From positions 1-34,924 of the forward strand of contig JAGREA010000394.1 of assembly GCA_020446745.1 (NCBI GenBank): a stretch of 34,924 nucleotides of DNA, in the 5' to 3' direction. Source of the stretch: Rhodobacterales bacterium (GTDB taxonomy: Bacteria > Pseudomonadota > Alphaproteobacteria > Rhodospirillales > JACKKN01). The translations under genes were made by a program, and so were the position numbers. The notes beneath the pieces were generated by a model. That model ran no database searches, was not told the DNA's origin, and saw nothing but the letters and a program-made list of their open reading frames with translations. This document shows positions 16,599 to 24,408 of this stretch, in pieces (position 1 is the stretch's first letter; each line of letters starts with the position of its first letter).

Positions 16599-17585
16599 AT
16601 GCTCGACTATGTCCTGCGCCGACTGGTCTACACGCTGATCACGGTGTTCGCCGTGGCCAGCATCCTGTTCGTGCTGTTCCGCATGCTGCCCGGCGAACCG
16701 ACGCTGCAGGTCATCAGCCCGGCCATGGACCCGGCGGTGCAGGAGCGCATGAAGGAAGCCTTCGGCCTGAACCAGCCCGTGGGCCTGCAGTACCTGATCT
16801 ACCTGAAGAACCTGGTGACCCTGGAATGGGGCCGGTCCTTCGTGTCGGCCCAGGAGGTGACGGACATCCTGTCCTACCGCTTCTGGAACACCATCCTGCT
16901 GATGGCCGCCGGCATGTGCCTGACCCTGGTGCTGGGCATCGGCATGGGCATCATCATGGCCTGGAAGCGCAACAGCCCGGTGGACGTGGGCGGCACCATC
17001 GTCGGCCTGGTGTTCCAGGCGGCGCCGCCGTTCATCACCGGCCTGCTGCTGCTCATGGTCCTCAGCTACCGCCTGGGCCTGTTCCCCACGGGGGGCATGT
17101 ACCCGCCCGGGGCCAGGCCCGATGGCCTGCTGGACCTGCTGCTGATGCCCGAATTCTGGCACCGCATCGTGCTGCCCACCCTGACCGTCGGCATGTACTA
17201 CATCTCCACCCCCATGCTGATCATGCGCGACAGCATGCTGGAGGTCCTGGGCAGCGACTTCATCGAGCTGGCCCGGGCCAAGGGCCTGAAGCCCCGGGTG
17301 GTGATGTTCCGGCACGCGGCCCGCAACGCGCTGCTGGGGGTGGTGACCATCGCCGGCATCATGGTGGGCTTCGCCGTGGGTGGCCAGGTGGTGGTGGAAT
17401 CCCTGTTCTCGTGGCCCGGCATGGGCCAGCTGATGGTGGAATCCGCCGCGTCCCACGACTACCCGGTGGCCCAGGGCACGTTCCTGATGCTGGCCATCCT
17501 GGTGATCAGCCTGAATTTCCTCACCGACATCCTCTACAGCTACCTGGATCCGCGCATCAAGATCACCGCCAAGGGAATGAACTGA
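16599..17585 (+). CDS. ABC transporter permease (DppB/OppB-like)
   Basis: MLDYVLRRLVYTLITVFAVASILFVLFRMLPGEP is the characteristic N-terminus. The EAA-type loop is FIELARAKGLKPRVVMFRHAARNA. Stop TGA 17583-17585 overlaps the next ATG. Confidence 0.9.
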   Translation: MLDYVLRRLVYTLITVFAVASILFVLFRMLPGEPTLQVISPAMDPAVQERMKEAFGLNQPVGLQYLIYLKNLVTLEWGRSFVSAQEVTDILSYRFWNTILLMAAGMCLTLVLGIGMGIIMAWKRNSPVDVGGTIVGLVFQAAPPFITGLLLLMVLSYRLGLFPTGGMYPPGARPDGLLDLLLMPEFWHRIVLPTLTVGMYYISTPMLIMRDSMLEVLGSDFIELARAKGLKPRVVMFRHAARNALLGVVTIAGIMVGFAVGGQVVVESLFSWPGMGQLMVESAASHDYPVAQGTFLMLAILVISLNFLTDILYSYLDPRIKITAKGMN

Positions 17586-18715
17586 TGGCCGCCGACCTGA
17601 CCGTGAAAAGCGCCGCCTACTGGCCCATCCGGGTGCCGCTGGCCGAGCCCTACCACCTGTCCGCCGTGTACGGCACCCTGACCCACAGCCAGGCCGTGAT
17701 CCTGCGCCTGGAACTGGCCGACGGCACCGTCGGCTGGGGCGAGGCCGACCCGGGCGGCAAGAAGTTCGACGGCTACACCCTGGAAAGCACCTGCCAGGCC
17801 CTGGACGGCCTGCTGCCGGGCCTGATCGGCCAGGACGTGGCCGACTGGGTGGACCAGAAGCGCGGCCGGGCCCGCACCGGCGCCGCCGCGGCGGCCATGG
17901 ACGTGGCCTGCCACGACGCCCTGGGCCGGGCCACGGGCCGGCCCGTGTGGCAGCTTCTGGGAACCCGCCGGCGCCCGGCGGTGGAGTCCCTGTGGCCCAC
18001 CTCCAGCGGCACGGCCGAGCAGGACATGGCCACCATCAACCGCGCCCATGCCCAGGGCTACCGCACCTATATGCTGAAGATGGGCGACCGGCCCATCGAT
18101 GACGAGATCGTGCGCACCCGCGCGGTGCTGGACGCCCTGCCCGCCGGCACCCAGCTGATGGTGGACGCCAACCAGGGCTGGACCCGCGAGCAGGCCCAGG
18201 CCTACGTGGCCGCCTGCGACACCCTGCCCCTGGTGCTGGTGGAACAGCCCCTGCCGGCCGACGACCTGGAAGGCCTGAAGGACCTGCGCACGCGCACCCG
18301 CCTGCCCATCTCGGTGGACGAGGCCATCCTGCGGCCCGACCAGGTGGCCGACATCATCGCCGCCGACGCGGCCGACGTGTTCTCCATCAAGATCTCCAAG
18401 AACGGCGGGCTGGCCAACAGCCAGGCCATCGCCGACATGGTGGAGGCCGCCGGCAAGCGCATCCTGATGAACAGCATGATTGAGCTGGGCATCACCCAGG
18501 CGGCGTCGCTGCACCTGGGCTGCACCATCGCCGGGCTGGTGCCCTGCGGCCATGCCTACATGTCCACCCGGCGCATGGCCGACGACATCGCCGACTTTTC
18601 CGACTGGGTGTACGACGGCGCCGCCCACCTGCCCGATGGGGAACCGGGCCTGGGCGTGAAAGTGTCCCTGGACAAGATCGAGCAGTATTGCGTGGGGGAG
18701 CGCCATGGTTTCTAG
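17585..18715 (+). CDS. Enolase-superfamily enzyme, muconate-lactonizing-enzyme (MLE) subgroup-like (racemase/epimerase/cycloisomerase), 376 aa
   Basis: ATG 17585 (TGATG junction). Motifs: YMLKMG (KxK position, first Lys replaced by Met), metal ligands MVDANQGW / LVEQPL / ISVDEA, and second base FSIKISKNGG. The 5' 347 codons of the 723-aa track ORF are an out-of-frame overlap with the permease. Confidence 0.85.
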   Translation: MAADLTVKSAAYWPIRVPLAEPYHLSAVYGTLTHSQAVILRLELADGTVGWGEADPGGKKFDGYTLESTCQALDGLLPGLIGQDVADWVDQKRGRARTGAAAAAMDVACHDALGRATGRPVWQLLGTRRRPAVESLWPTSSGTAEQDMATINRAHAQGYRTYMLKMGDRPIDDEIVRTRAVLDALPAGTQLMVDANQGWTREQAQAYVAACDTLPLVLVEQPLPADDLEGLKDLRTRTRLPISVDEAILRPDQVADIIAADAADVFSIKISKNGGLANSQAIADMVEAAGKRILMNSMIELGITQAASLHLGCTIAGLVPCGHAYMSTRRMADDIADFSDWVYDGAAHLPDGEPGLGVKVSLDKIEQYCVGERHGF

Positions 18716-19604
18716 CCACCTGAAGCGGCGCCTGAAGTACCTGCGGCTGGCCCTGGTCGAACACTACCGCATCATCAACGCCAACCCGCTGAGCCGGTTC
18801 GGCTTCTGGGTGATCGTGGTGTTCACCCTGGTGGCCCTGTTCGCGCCGCTGATCGCGCCCTACGACCCGTGGGAAATGGTGTACGACAGCGAGGGCAACT
18901 TCGCCGCCCTGCAGCCGCCGTCGTGGGAATTCCCCATGGGCACCACGCACCTGGGCTATGACCTGTTCTCGCAGCTGGTGCTGGCCACCCGCACGACCCT
19001 GCTGATCGGCGCCACCTCGGGCCTGATCTCGATCATCATCGGGGCCAACATCGGGCTCATCGCCGGCTACTACGGCGGCAAGCTGGACGAGGTGCTGATG
19101 CGCCTGACGGACATCCTGTACGGCATGCCCTTCCTGCCCTTCATCATCGTCCTGATCGCCCTGTTCGGCCGCAAGCTGGAATTCGTGATCCTGGCCATCG
19201 TGCTGATCATCTGGCGCACCTCGGCCCGCGTCATCCGGGCCCAGACCATCTCCATCAAGCAGCGCCAGTTCATCGCCATGGCCAAGGCCCGGGGCGCCAG
19301 CGACTTCCGCATCATCTACAAGCACATCCTGCCCAACGTGCTGCCGCTGCTGCTGCTCTACGCCGCCTTCAACATCGCCTGGTCGATCATCACCGAGGCC
19401 AGCGCCAGCTTCCTGGGCTTCGGCGACGGCGAGACCATTTCCTGGGGCGGCATGCTCTACGAGCTGTGGCTTTCCGGCAAGACGCGGGTGGCCTGGTGGT
19501 GGTTCGCCTCGCCGTCGGTGTGCATCATCCTGCTGGTCACCTCGCTGGTGTTCGTCAGCCGCGCCTACGAGGAAGTGGCCAACCCCCGGCTGCGGAAGCG
19601 ATAG
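18705..19604 (+). CDS. ABC transporter permease (DppC/OppC-like)
   Basis: GGGGGAG lies upstream of ATG 18705, with an 11-nt overlap with the enolase-family gene. Motifs: FWVIVVFTLVALFAPLIAPYDP, FIAMAKARGASDFRIIYKHILPN. Confidence 0.9.
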   Translation: MVSSHLKRRLKYLRLALVEHYRIINANPLSRFGFWVIVVFTLVALFAPLIAPYDPWEMVYDSEGNFAALQPPSWEFPMGTTHLGYDLFSQLVLATRTTLLIGATSGLISIIIGANIGLIAGYYGGKLDEVLMRLTDILYGMPFLPFIIVLIALFGRKLEFVILAIVLIIWRTSARVIRAQTISIKQRQFIAMAKARGASDFRIIYKHILPNVLPLLLLYAAFNIAWSIITEASASFLGFGDGETISWGGMLYELWLSGKTRVAWWWFASPSVCIILLVTSLVFVSRAYEEVANPRLRKR

Positions 19605-19608
19605 CGCC

Positions 19609-20631
19609 ATGGCCGCCACCACCGAACCCGTGCTGTCCATCCGCAACCTGGGGGTCGCCTACGAAACCTCCCAGGGGCCGGTGCACGCCGTGTCCGACGT
19701 GTCGTTCGACGTGGGCGCCGACGAGGTGTTCGGCATCGCCGGTGAATCCGGCTGCGGCAAGTCGACGCTGATCCGGTCCCTGCTGCGCCTGCTGCCCAAC
19801 AACGGCACCATGACGGCCGAGCGCTGCACCTACAAGGGCCGCGACCTGATGGCCATGTCCGACGAGGCCTTCCGGTCCACCATCCAGTGGCAGGAAATCT
19901 CGCTGGTGCCGCAAAGCGCCATGGCCTCGTTCAACCCCGTGTACCGGGTGGGCGACCAGATCATCGAATCCATGCGCGCCCACCGCCGCATGGGCCGGGC
20001 CGAGGCCTGGGAGCGGGCCGCCGGCCTGTTCGACGTGGTGGGCCTGCAGGCCGACCTGCTGCGCAACTATCCCCACGAGTTTTCCGGCGGCATGCGCCAG
20101 CGGGCCATGATCGCCATGGCCCTGTCCCTGGACCCGGGCCTGATCATCATGGACGAGCCGACCACGGGCCTGGACGTGCTGGTGCAGGAACGCATCCTGC
20201 GGCGCATCCGCGAGATCCGCGCCGAGATCCACAGCGCCATCATCCTGATCACCCACGACATCGCCGTGATCGCCGAGATGAGCGACCGCATCGCCATCAT
20301 GTACGGCGGCGAGATCATGGAGCTGGCGCCCTCGGTGGACCTGTTCGAGAACCCCCACCACCCCTACACCCTGGGCCTGGAGAACGCCTTCCCGTCCATC
20401 CGCAACGTGGGCAAGGACCTGATCTCGATCCCCGGATCGCCGCCGACCCTGGTGGGGCCGGTGGAAAGCTGCCCCTTCGAGCCCCGCTGCCCGTTCCGCA
20501 TCGACGGCTGCGCCGCCGCCAACCCCGCCGTGGTGGACGTGGGCGACGGCCACCAGGTGCGCTGCCTGCAGACCGGCGACGTGGCCCGCATGCGCACCCT
20601 GGCCCGGGAGAAGTCCACATGGCGATCCTAG
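19609..20631 (+). CDS. ABC transporter ATP-binding protein (DppD/OppD-like)
   Basis: Walker A GESGCGKST, signature FSGGMRQR, Walker B LIIMDEPTTGLD, and a C-terminal oligopeptide-type extension with Cys residues. Confidence 0.92.
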   Translation: MAATTEPVLSIRNLGVAYETSQGPVHAVSDVSFDVGADEVFGIAGESGCGKSTLIRSLLRLLPNNGTMTAERCTYKGRDLMAMSDEAFRSTIQWQEISLVPQSAMASFNPVYRVGDQIIESMRAHRRMGRAEAWERAAGLFDVVGLQADLLRNYPHEFSGGMRQRAMIAMALSLDPGLIIMDEPTTGLDVLVQERILRRIREIRAEIHSAIILITHDIAVIAEMSDRIAIMYGGEIMELAPSVDLFENPHHPYTLGLENAFPSIRNVGKDLISIPGSPPTLVGPVESCPFEPRCPFRIDGCAAANPAVVDVGDGHQVRCLQTGDVARMRTLAREKSTWRS

Positions 20632-21617
20632 AGCTTGAACGCCTGTCCCGGCACTTCGAGGTGCGCCCCGGCTTCGTGGACCGGGTGGTCCGCCGCAAGC
20701 CGTCCAGCTACATCAAGGCCGTCGAGGCCCTGAACCTGACCGTGGGCCACAACGAGATCCTGGGCATCGCCGGGGAATCCGGGTGCGGCAAGTCCACCAC
20801 CTGCACCATGGTGGCCGGTTTGTTGGCGCCCACGGGGGGCGACATCCGCTATAAGGGGGACTCGGTGCTGGACCTGAAGGGCGCCGGATTGATGGAGTAC
20901 CGGCGTCGCGTGCAGATGATCTTCCAGGACCCCTACGAGTCCCTGAACCCCCGGTTCCGCATTTCCGAGATCGTGGCCGAGGGGCCCACGGCCCTGAGCC
21001 TGTGGGACGGCGACGAGATCGACGAGCGGGTCAACGCCATGCTGAACGCCGTGGGCCTGCCGCACCACAAGTACGCCGACCGCTACCCCCACGAGCTGAG
21101 CGGCGGCGAGCGCCAGCGGGTGGGCATCGCCAGTGCCCTGGTCATGGAACCGGAAATGGTCATCGCCGACGAACCCCTGTCCATGCTGGATGTCTCCATC
21201 CGCGCCGGCATCCTGGACCTTTTCAAGGACATGCAGAGCCAGCGCCACTTCTCGGCCATCTACGTGTCCCACGACCTGTCGATCCTGGGCAACGTGGCCG
21301 ACCGGCTGATGGTCATGTACCTGGGCCAGGCCATGGAGATCGGCCCGGCGCTGGAGGTGATCCGCAACCCCAAGCATCCCTACACCCGGGCGCTGATCGG
21401 CGCCGTGCCGGTGCCCGACCCGCGCACGCGCCGCGCCATTCCCAATATCCGGGGCGACATCTCCAAGCCCATCGACCCGCCGCCGGGCTGCCGTTTCGCG
21501 CCGCGCTGCCCCCACGCCGATGCCTCGTGCGGCGAACGGTTCATGGAACTGGACACCGCCGACCCCCATTTGCATCAGGCGGCCTGCCACAAACTGGATG
21601 TGATCAACGATGGCTGA
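20619..21617 (+). CDS. ABC transporter ATP-binding protein (DppF/OppF-like)
   Basis: Internal ATG 20619 (MAILELERLSRHF). GESGCGKSTT, LSGGERQR, VIADEPLSMLD. 13-nt overlap with the preceding ATPase gene. Confidence 0.9.
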   Translation: MAILELERLSRHFEVRPGFVDRVVRRKPSSYIKAVEALNLTVGHNEILGIAGESGCGKSTTCTMVAGLLAPTGGDIRYKGDSVLDLKGAGLMEYRRRVQMIFQDPYESLNPRFRISEIVAEGPTALSLWDGDEIDERVNAMLNAVGLPHHKYADRYPHELSGGERQRVGIASALVMEPEMVIADEPLSMLDVSIRAGILDLFKDMQSQRHFSAIYVSHDLSILGNVADRLMVMYLGQAMEIGPALEVIRNPKHPYTRALIGAVPVPDPRTRRAIPNIRGDISKPIDPPPGCRFAPRCPHADASCGERFMELDTADPHLHQAACHKLDVINDG

Positions 21618-22716
21618 ATACGACGTCTGCGTCATCGGCGGCGGCCTGCTGGGTTCCGCCTTCGGCTGGGGCCTGGTCCGCGAGGGCCAGCGCTGCGTGG
21701 TCCTGGACGAGGGCGACGGCGCCATCCGCACGGCGCGCGGCAACTTCGGCCTGGTGTGGCTGCAAAGCAAGGGCCGGGGCATGCCCGAATACGCCCGCTG
21801 GACCCTGGAGGCGACGCGCATCTGGGGCGGTTTCGCCGACGAGTTGAAGGACATCACCGGCATCGACCTGCACTACGCCAAGGGCGGCTACAACATCGGC
21901 GCCGACGAGGCGGAACTGGCGCAGATGGTCGCCAACCTGAACCAGATCCAATCGGAAATGGGCGACGACGCCTATGACTATGAGGTCCTGGACCAAGCCC
22001 GCCTGAAGCGCGAGATGCCCCTGGTGGGCGACGTGGCCGGGGCCACCTATACGGCCCACGACGGCCACTGCAACCCGCTGCTGCTGCTGCGGGCCATGCA
22101 GCAGGCGTTCCAGGCCAAGGGCGGCGCCTACCGCCCCAACAGCGGCGTGCGGTCGGTGGAGATCCTGCCCGGCGGCGGCTTCCGCATCCTGGGCCAGAAC
22201 GGGGCGGAGCTGGCCCGGGCGGCCAAGGTGGTGCTGTCGGCCGGCCACGGCTCGGCCCGCCTGGCCAAGGACCTGGGCATCGACCTGCCCATCCACCCGG
22301 AACAGGGCCAGGTGCTGGTAACGGAAAAGGTCGCCCCGGTGATGCCCCACCCCGCCATGTCCGTGCGCCAGACCGACAACGGCAGCTTCCTGCTGGGCGC
22401 GTCGAAGAAGGAGGTGGACCTGGACACCCGCACCGACCTGGAAACCCTGGCCACCATCGCCGCGAGCTGCATCCGCCTGTTCCCGTTCCTGGGGCGCCTG
22501 CGCCTGCAGCGGGCCTGGGGGGCGCTCAGGGTGATGACGCCCGACGGCCACCCCGTCTACCAGCAATCCGAAAGCCACCCGGGGCTGTTCTCCTTCGCCT
22601 GCCACAGCGGCGTCACCCTGGCCGCCTGCCACGCCCTGCACGTGAGCAAGTGGGTCATCGACGGCACCATCCCCGACACCTATTCCGCCTTCCACCCGCG
22701 ACGGTTCCATGTTTAA
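21610..22716 (+). CDS. FAD-dependent oxidoreductase, DAO family (HcnC/OoxB/LhpB-like beta subunit)
   Basis: N-terminal dinucleotide fold YDVCVIGGGLLGSAFGWGLVREGQRCVVLDEGD. 368 aa. 8-nt overlap with the upstream ATPase gene. Followed by a small 2Fe-2S gene and a second flavoprotein gene. Confidence 0.85.
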   Translation: MAEYDVCVIGGGLLGSAFGWGLVREGQRCVVLDEGDGAIRTARGNFGLVWLQSKGRGMPEYARWTLEATRIWGGFADELKDITGIDLHYAKGGYNIGADEAELAQMVANLNQIQSEMGDDAYDYEVLDQARLKREMPLVGDVAGATYTAHDGHCNPLLLLRAMQQAFQAKGGAYRPNSGVRSVEILPGGGFRILGQNGAELARAAKVVLSAGHGSARLAKDLGIDLPIHPEQGQVLVTEKVAPVMPHPAMSVRQTDNGSFLLGASKKEVDLDTRTDLETLATIAASCIRLFPFLGRLRLQRAWGALRVMTPDGHPVYQQSESHPGLFSFACHSGVTLAACHALHVSKWVIDGTIPDTYSAFHPRRFHV

Positions 22717-23008
22717 GCGTCTTGTCGATATCGGAACGCCGGTCACCTTCGACTTCGAGGGCCGGCCCCTCACCGCCCAGGCCGGCGACAGCCTGGCTTC
22801 GGCCCTGCTGGCCAACGGCGTGCTGGACTTCCGCCAGGCGCCCGAGGACGGCACCGTGCGCGGCCCCCACTGCATGATCGGCAACTGCTTCGAATGCCTG
22901 GTCGAGGTCGAGGGCCTGGGCACCCGCCAGGCCTGCCGCGAACGGGTGCGCGACGGCCTGAAGGTGCGCCGCCATTCGGGCCGCCCGGTTCCGGGAGAAC
23001 AGCCATGA
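22709..23008 (+). CDS. Small (2Fe-2S)-binding subunit (HcnA/LhpF-like), 99 aa
   Basis: Typical architecture FDFEGRPLTAQAGDSLASALLANGV...CMIGNCFECLVEVEG...QACRERV. Overlaps both neighbours (8 nt upstream, ATGA downstream). Confidence 0.8.
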   Translation: MFKRLVDIGTPVTFDFEGRPLTAQAGDSLASALLANGVLDFRQAPEDGTVRGPHCMIGNCFECLVEVEGLGTRQACRERVRDGLKVRRHSGRPVPGEQP

Positions 23009-24408
23009 CGGAACCGGTCATCGTCATCGGCGCCGGGCCCGGCGGCCTGGCCGCGGCCACCACCCTGGCCCGGGCCGGCGCCCCGGTGCGCCTGCTGGAC
23101 GAACAGCCGGCCGCCGGCGGGCAGCTCTACCGGGCCAGCGAGCGCATCGGCGGCGACGCAACCTCGCCCCTGAAGGGCTGGCTGGGCCCCGATTACGGCG
23201 CCGGCCTGCCGCTGATCCGCGCCGCCCAGGCCGAGGCCAACATCGACTGGCGGTTCGATACCGCCGTGTGGGACATCCGCTGCGACGACGACGGCATCGC
23301 CCTGGGCCTGTTGTCGGGCGAGTCCGTGTTCCAGGACCGGGCCGCCCACGTGGTGCTGGCCACCGGGGCCCAGGAACGCCCGGCCCCCTTCCCCGGCTGG
23401 ACCCTGCCCGGCGTGCTGGGCATCGGCGCCGCCCAGACCCTGTTCAAGGACGCCGGCCTGGCGCCCGAACCCGACGTGGTGCTGGCCGGCAGCGGGCCGC
23501 TGCTGTACCTGTTCGCCATCCAGCTGCTGAACGCCGGCATCACGCCCCAGGCGATCCTGGAAACGGCGCCGAAGAACATCGCCCCGTCGATCCTGCCGGC
23601 CCTGTTCCGGGCCGCCCTGCGCCACGGGTCCTCGCTGGTCAAGGGCCTGGCCTGGCGGCGCCGCATCGATGGCAGCAGCGTGCCCCACCTGTACGGCATC
23701 ACCGACCTGAAGGCCGCGGGCGACGGGCGGGTCGAAACGGTCTCGTTCCGCCACGGCGGCCGCGAGCACACCCTGAAGACCAGCCTGCTGCTGGTCCACG
23801 ACGGGGTCATGCCCAACACCCACCTGACCGTGGCCGCCCGCTGCGACCACCAGTGGAACGACCAGCAGCAGTACTGGCACCCCACGGTGGATGCCGTGGG
23901 ACGGACCAGCCAGGCGGGCCTGTGGCTGGTGGGCGACGGGGCCGGCATCCTGGGGGCCGAGGCGGCGGTGCTGCAGGGCCGCACGGCCGGCCGCGCCCTG
24001 GCCGCCGACCTGGGCCTGACGCCGCCCGACGCCGGCACCGATGCCGCCGACCGCAAGGCCCTGGACGACCTGCGGGTCCTGCGGGCCTTCCTGGACCGGC
24101 AATACCCGCCCTCGCCGGTGTTCGGCGCCATCGCCGACGACACCATCGTGTGCCGGTGCGAGGCGGTGACGGCCGGCGAGATCCGCGGTCTGGCGCGCCG
24201 GGGCTGCATGGGGCCCAACCAGGCCCGGGCCTTCACCCGGGCCGGCATGGGGCCGTGCATGGGGCGCCAGTGCGGCAACAGCGTGGGGCGCCTGATGGCG
24301 GAAGAACTGGGCCAGCCGGTGGACCAGGTGGGCCACTATTCCGCCCGCCCGCCCATCAAGCCGGTCACCCTGGCCCAGTTGGCCAGCCTGGCCGGCAAGG
24401 AACGCTAG
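23005..24408 (+). CDS. FAD/NAD(P)-binding oxidoreductase with BFD-like [2Fe-2S] motif (HcnB/OoxA/LhpE-like alpha subunit)
   Basis: Internal ATG 23005. VIVIGAGPGGLAAATTLARAGAPVRLLDE, second nucleotide fold VVLAGSGPLLYLFA, and a C-terminal Cys cluster CRCEAVTAGEI...GPCMGRQCG. Confidence 0.85.
   Translation: MTEPVIVIGAGPGGLAAATTLARAGAPVRLLDEQPAAGGQLYRASERIGGDATSPLKGWLGPDYGAGLPLIRAAQAEANIDWRFDTAVWDIRCDDDGIALGLLSGESVFQDRAAHVVLATGAQERPAPFPGWTLPGVLGIGAAQTLFKDAGLAPEPDVVLAGSGPLLYLFAIQLLNAGITPQAILETAPKNIAPSILPALFRAALRHGSSLVKGLAWRRRIDGSSVPHLYGITDLKAAGDGRVETVSFRHGGREHTLKTSLLLVHDGVMPNTHLTVAARCDHQWNDQQQYWHPTVDAVGRTSQAGLWLVGDGAGILGAEAAVLQGRTAGRALAADLGLTPPDAGTDAADRKALDDLRVLRAFLDRQYPPSPVFGAIADDTIVCRCEAVTAGEIRGLARRGCMGPNQARAFTRAGMGPCMGRQCGNSVGRLMAEELGQPVDQVGHYSARPPIKPVTLAQLASLAGKER

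Noticed and set aside
16544-17584. N-terminal 347 codons of the 723-aa track ORF 16544-18715
   Set aside because: This part is an out-of-frame overlap with the DppB-like permease and is Pro/Gly/Arg/His-rich. The enolase-family similarity begins at ATG 17585, which forms a TGATG junction with the permease stop.
21604-24336. 910-aa minus-strand ORF antisense to the three oxidase genes, with similar cases at 25855-28854 (+), 14866-16572 (-), 12657-14096 (+) and 5513-6685 (+)
   Set aside because: These are shadow ORFs spanning several real genes in the opposite orientation. Their composition is not protein-like (runs of G, A, R, P, H, Q, D).
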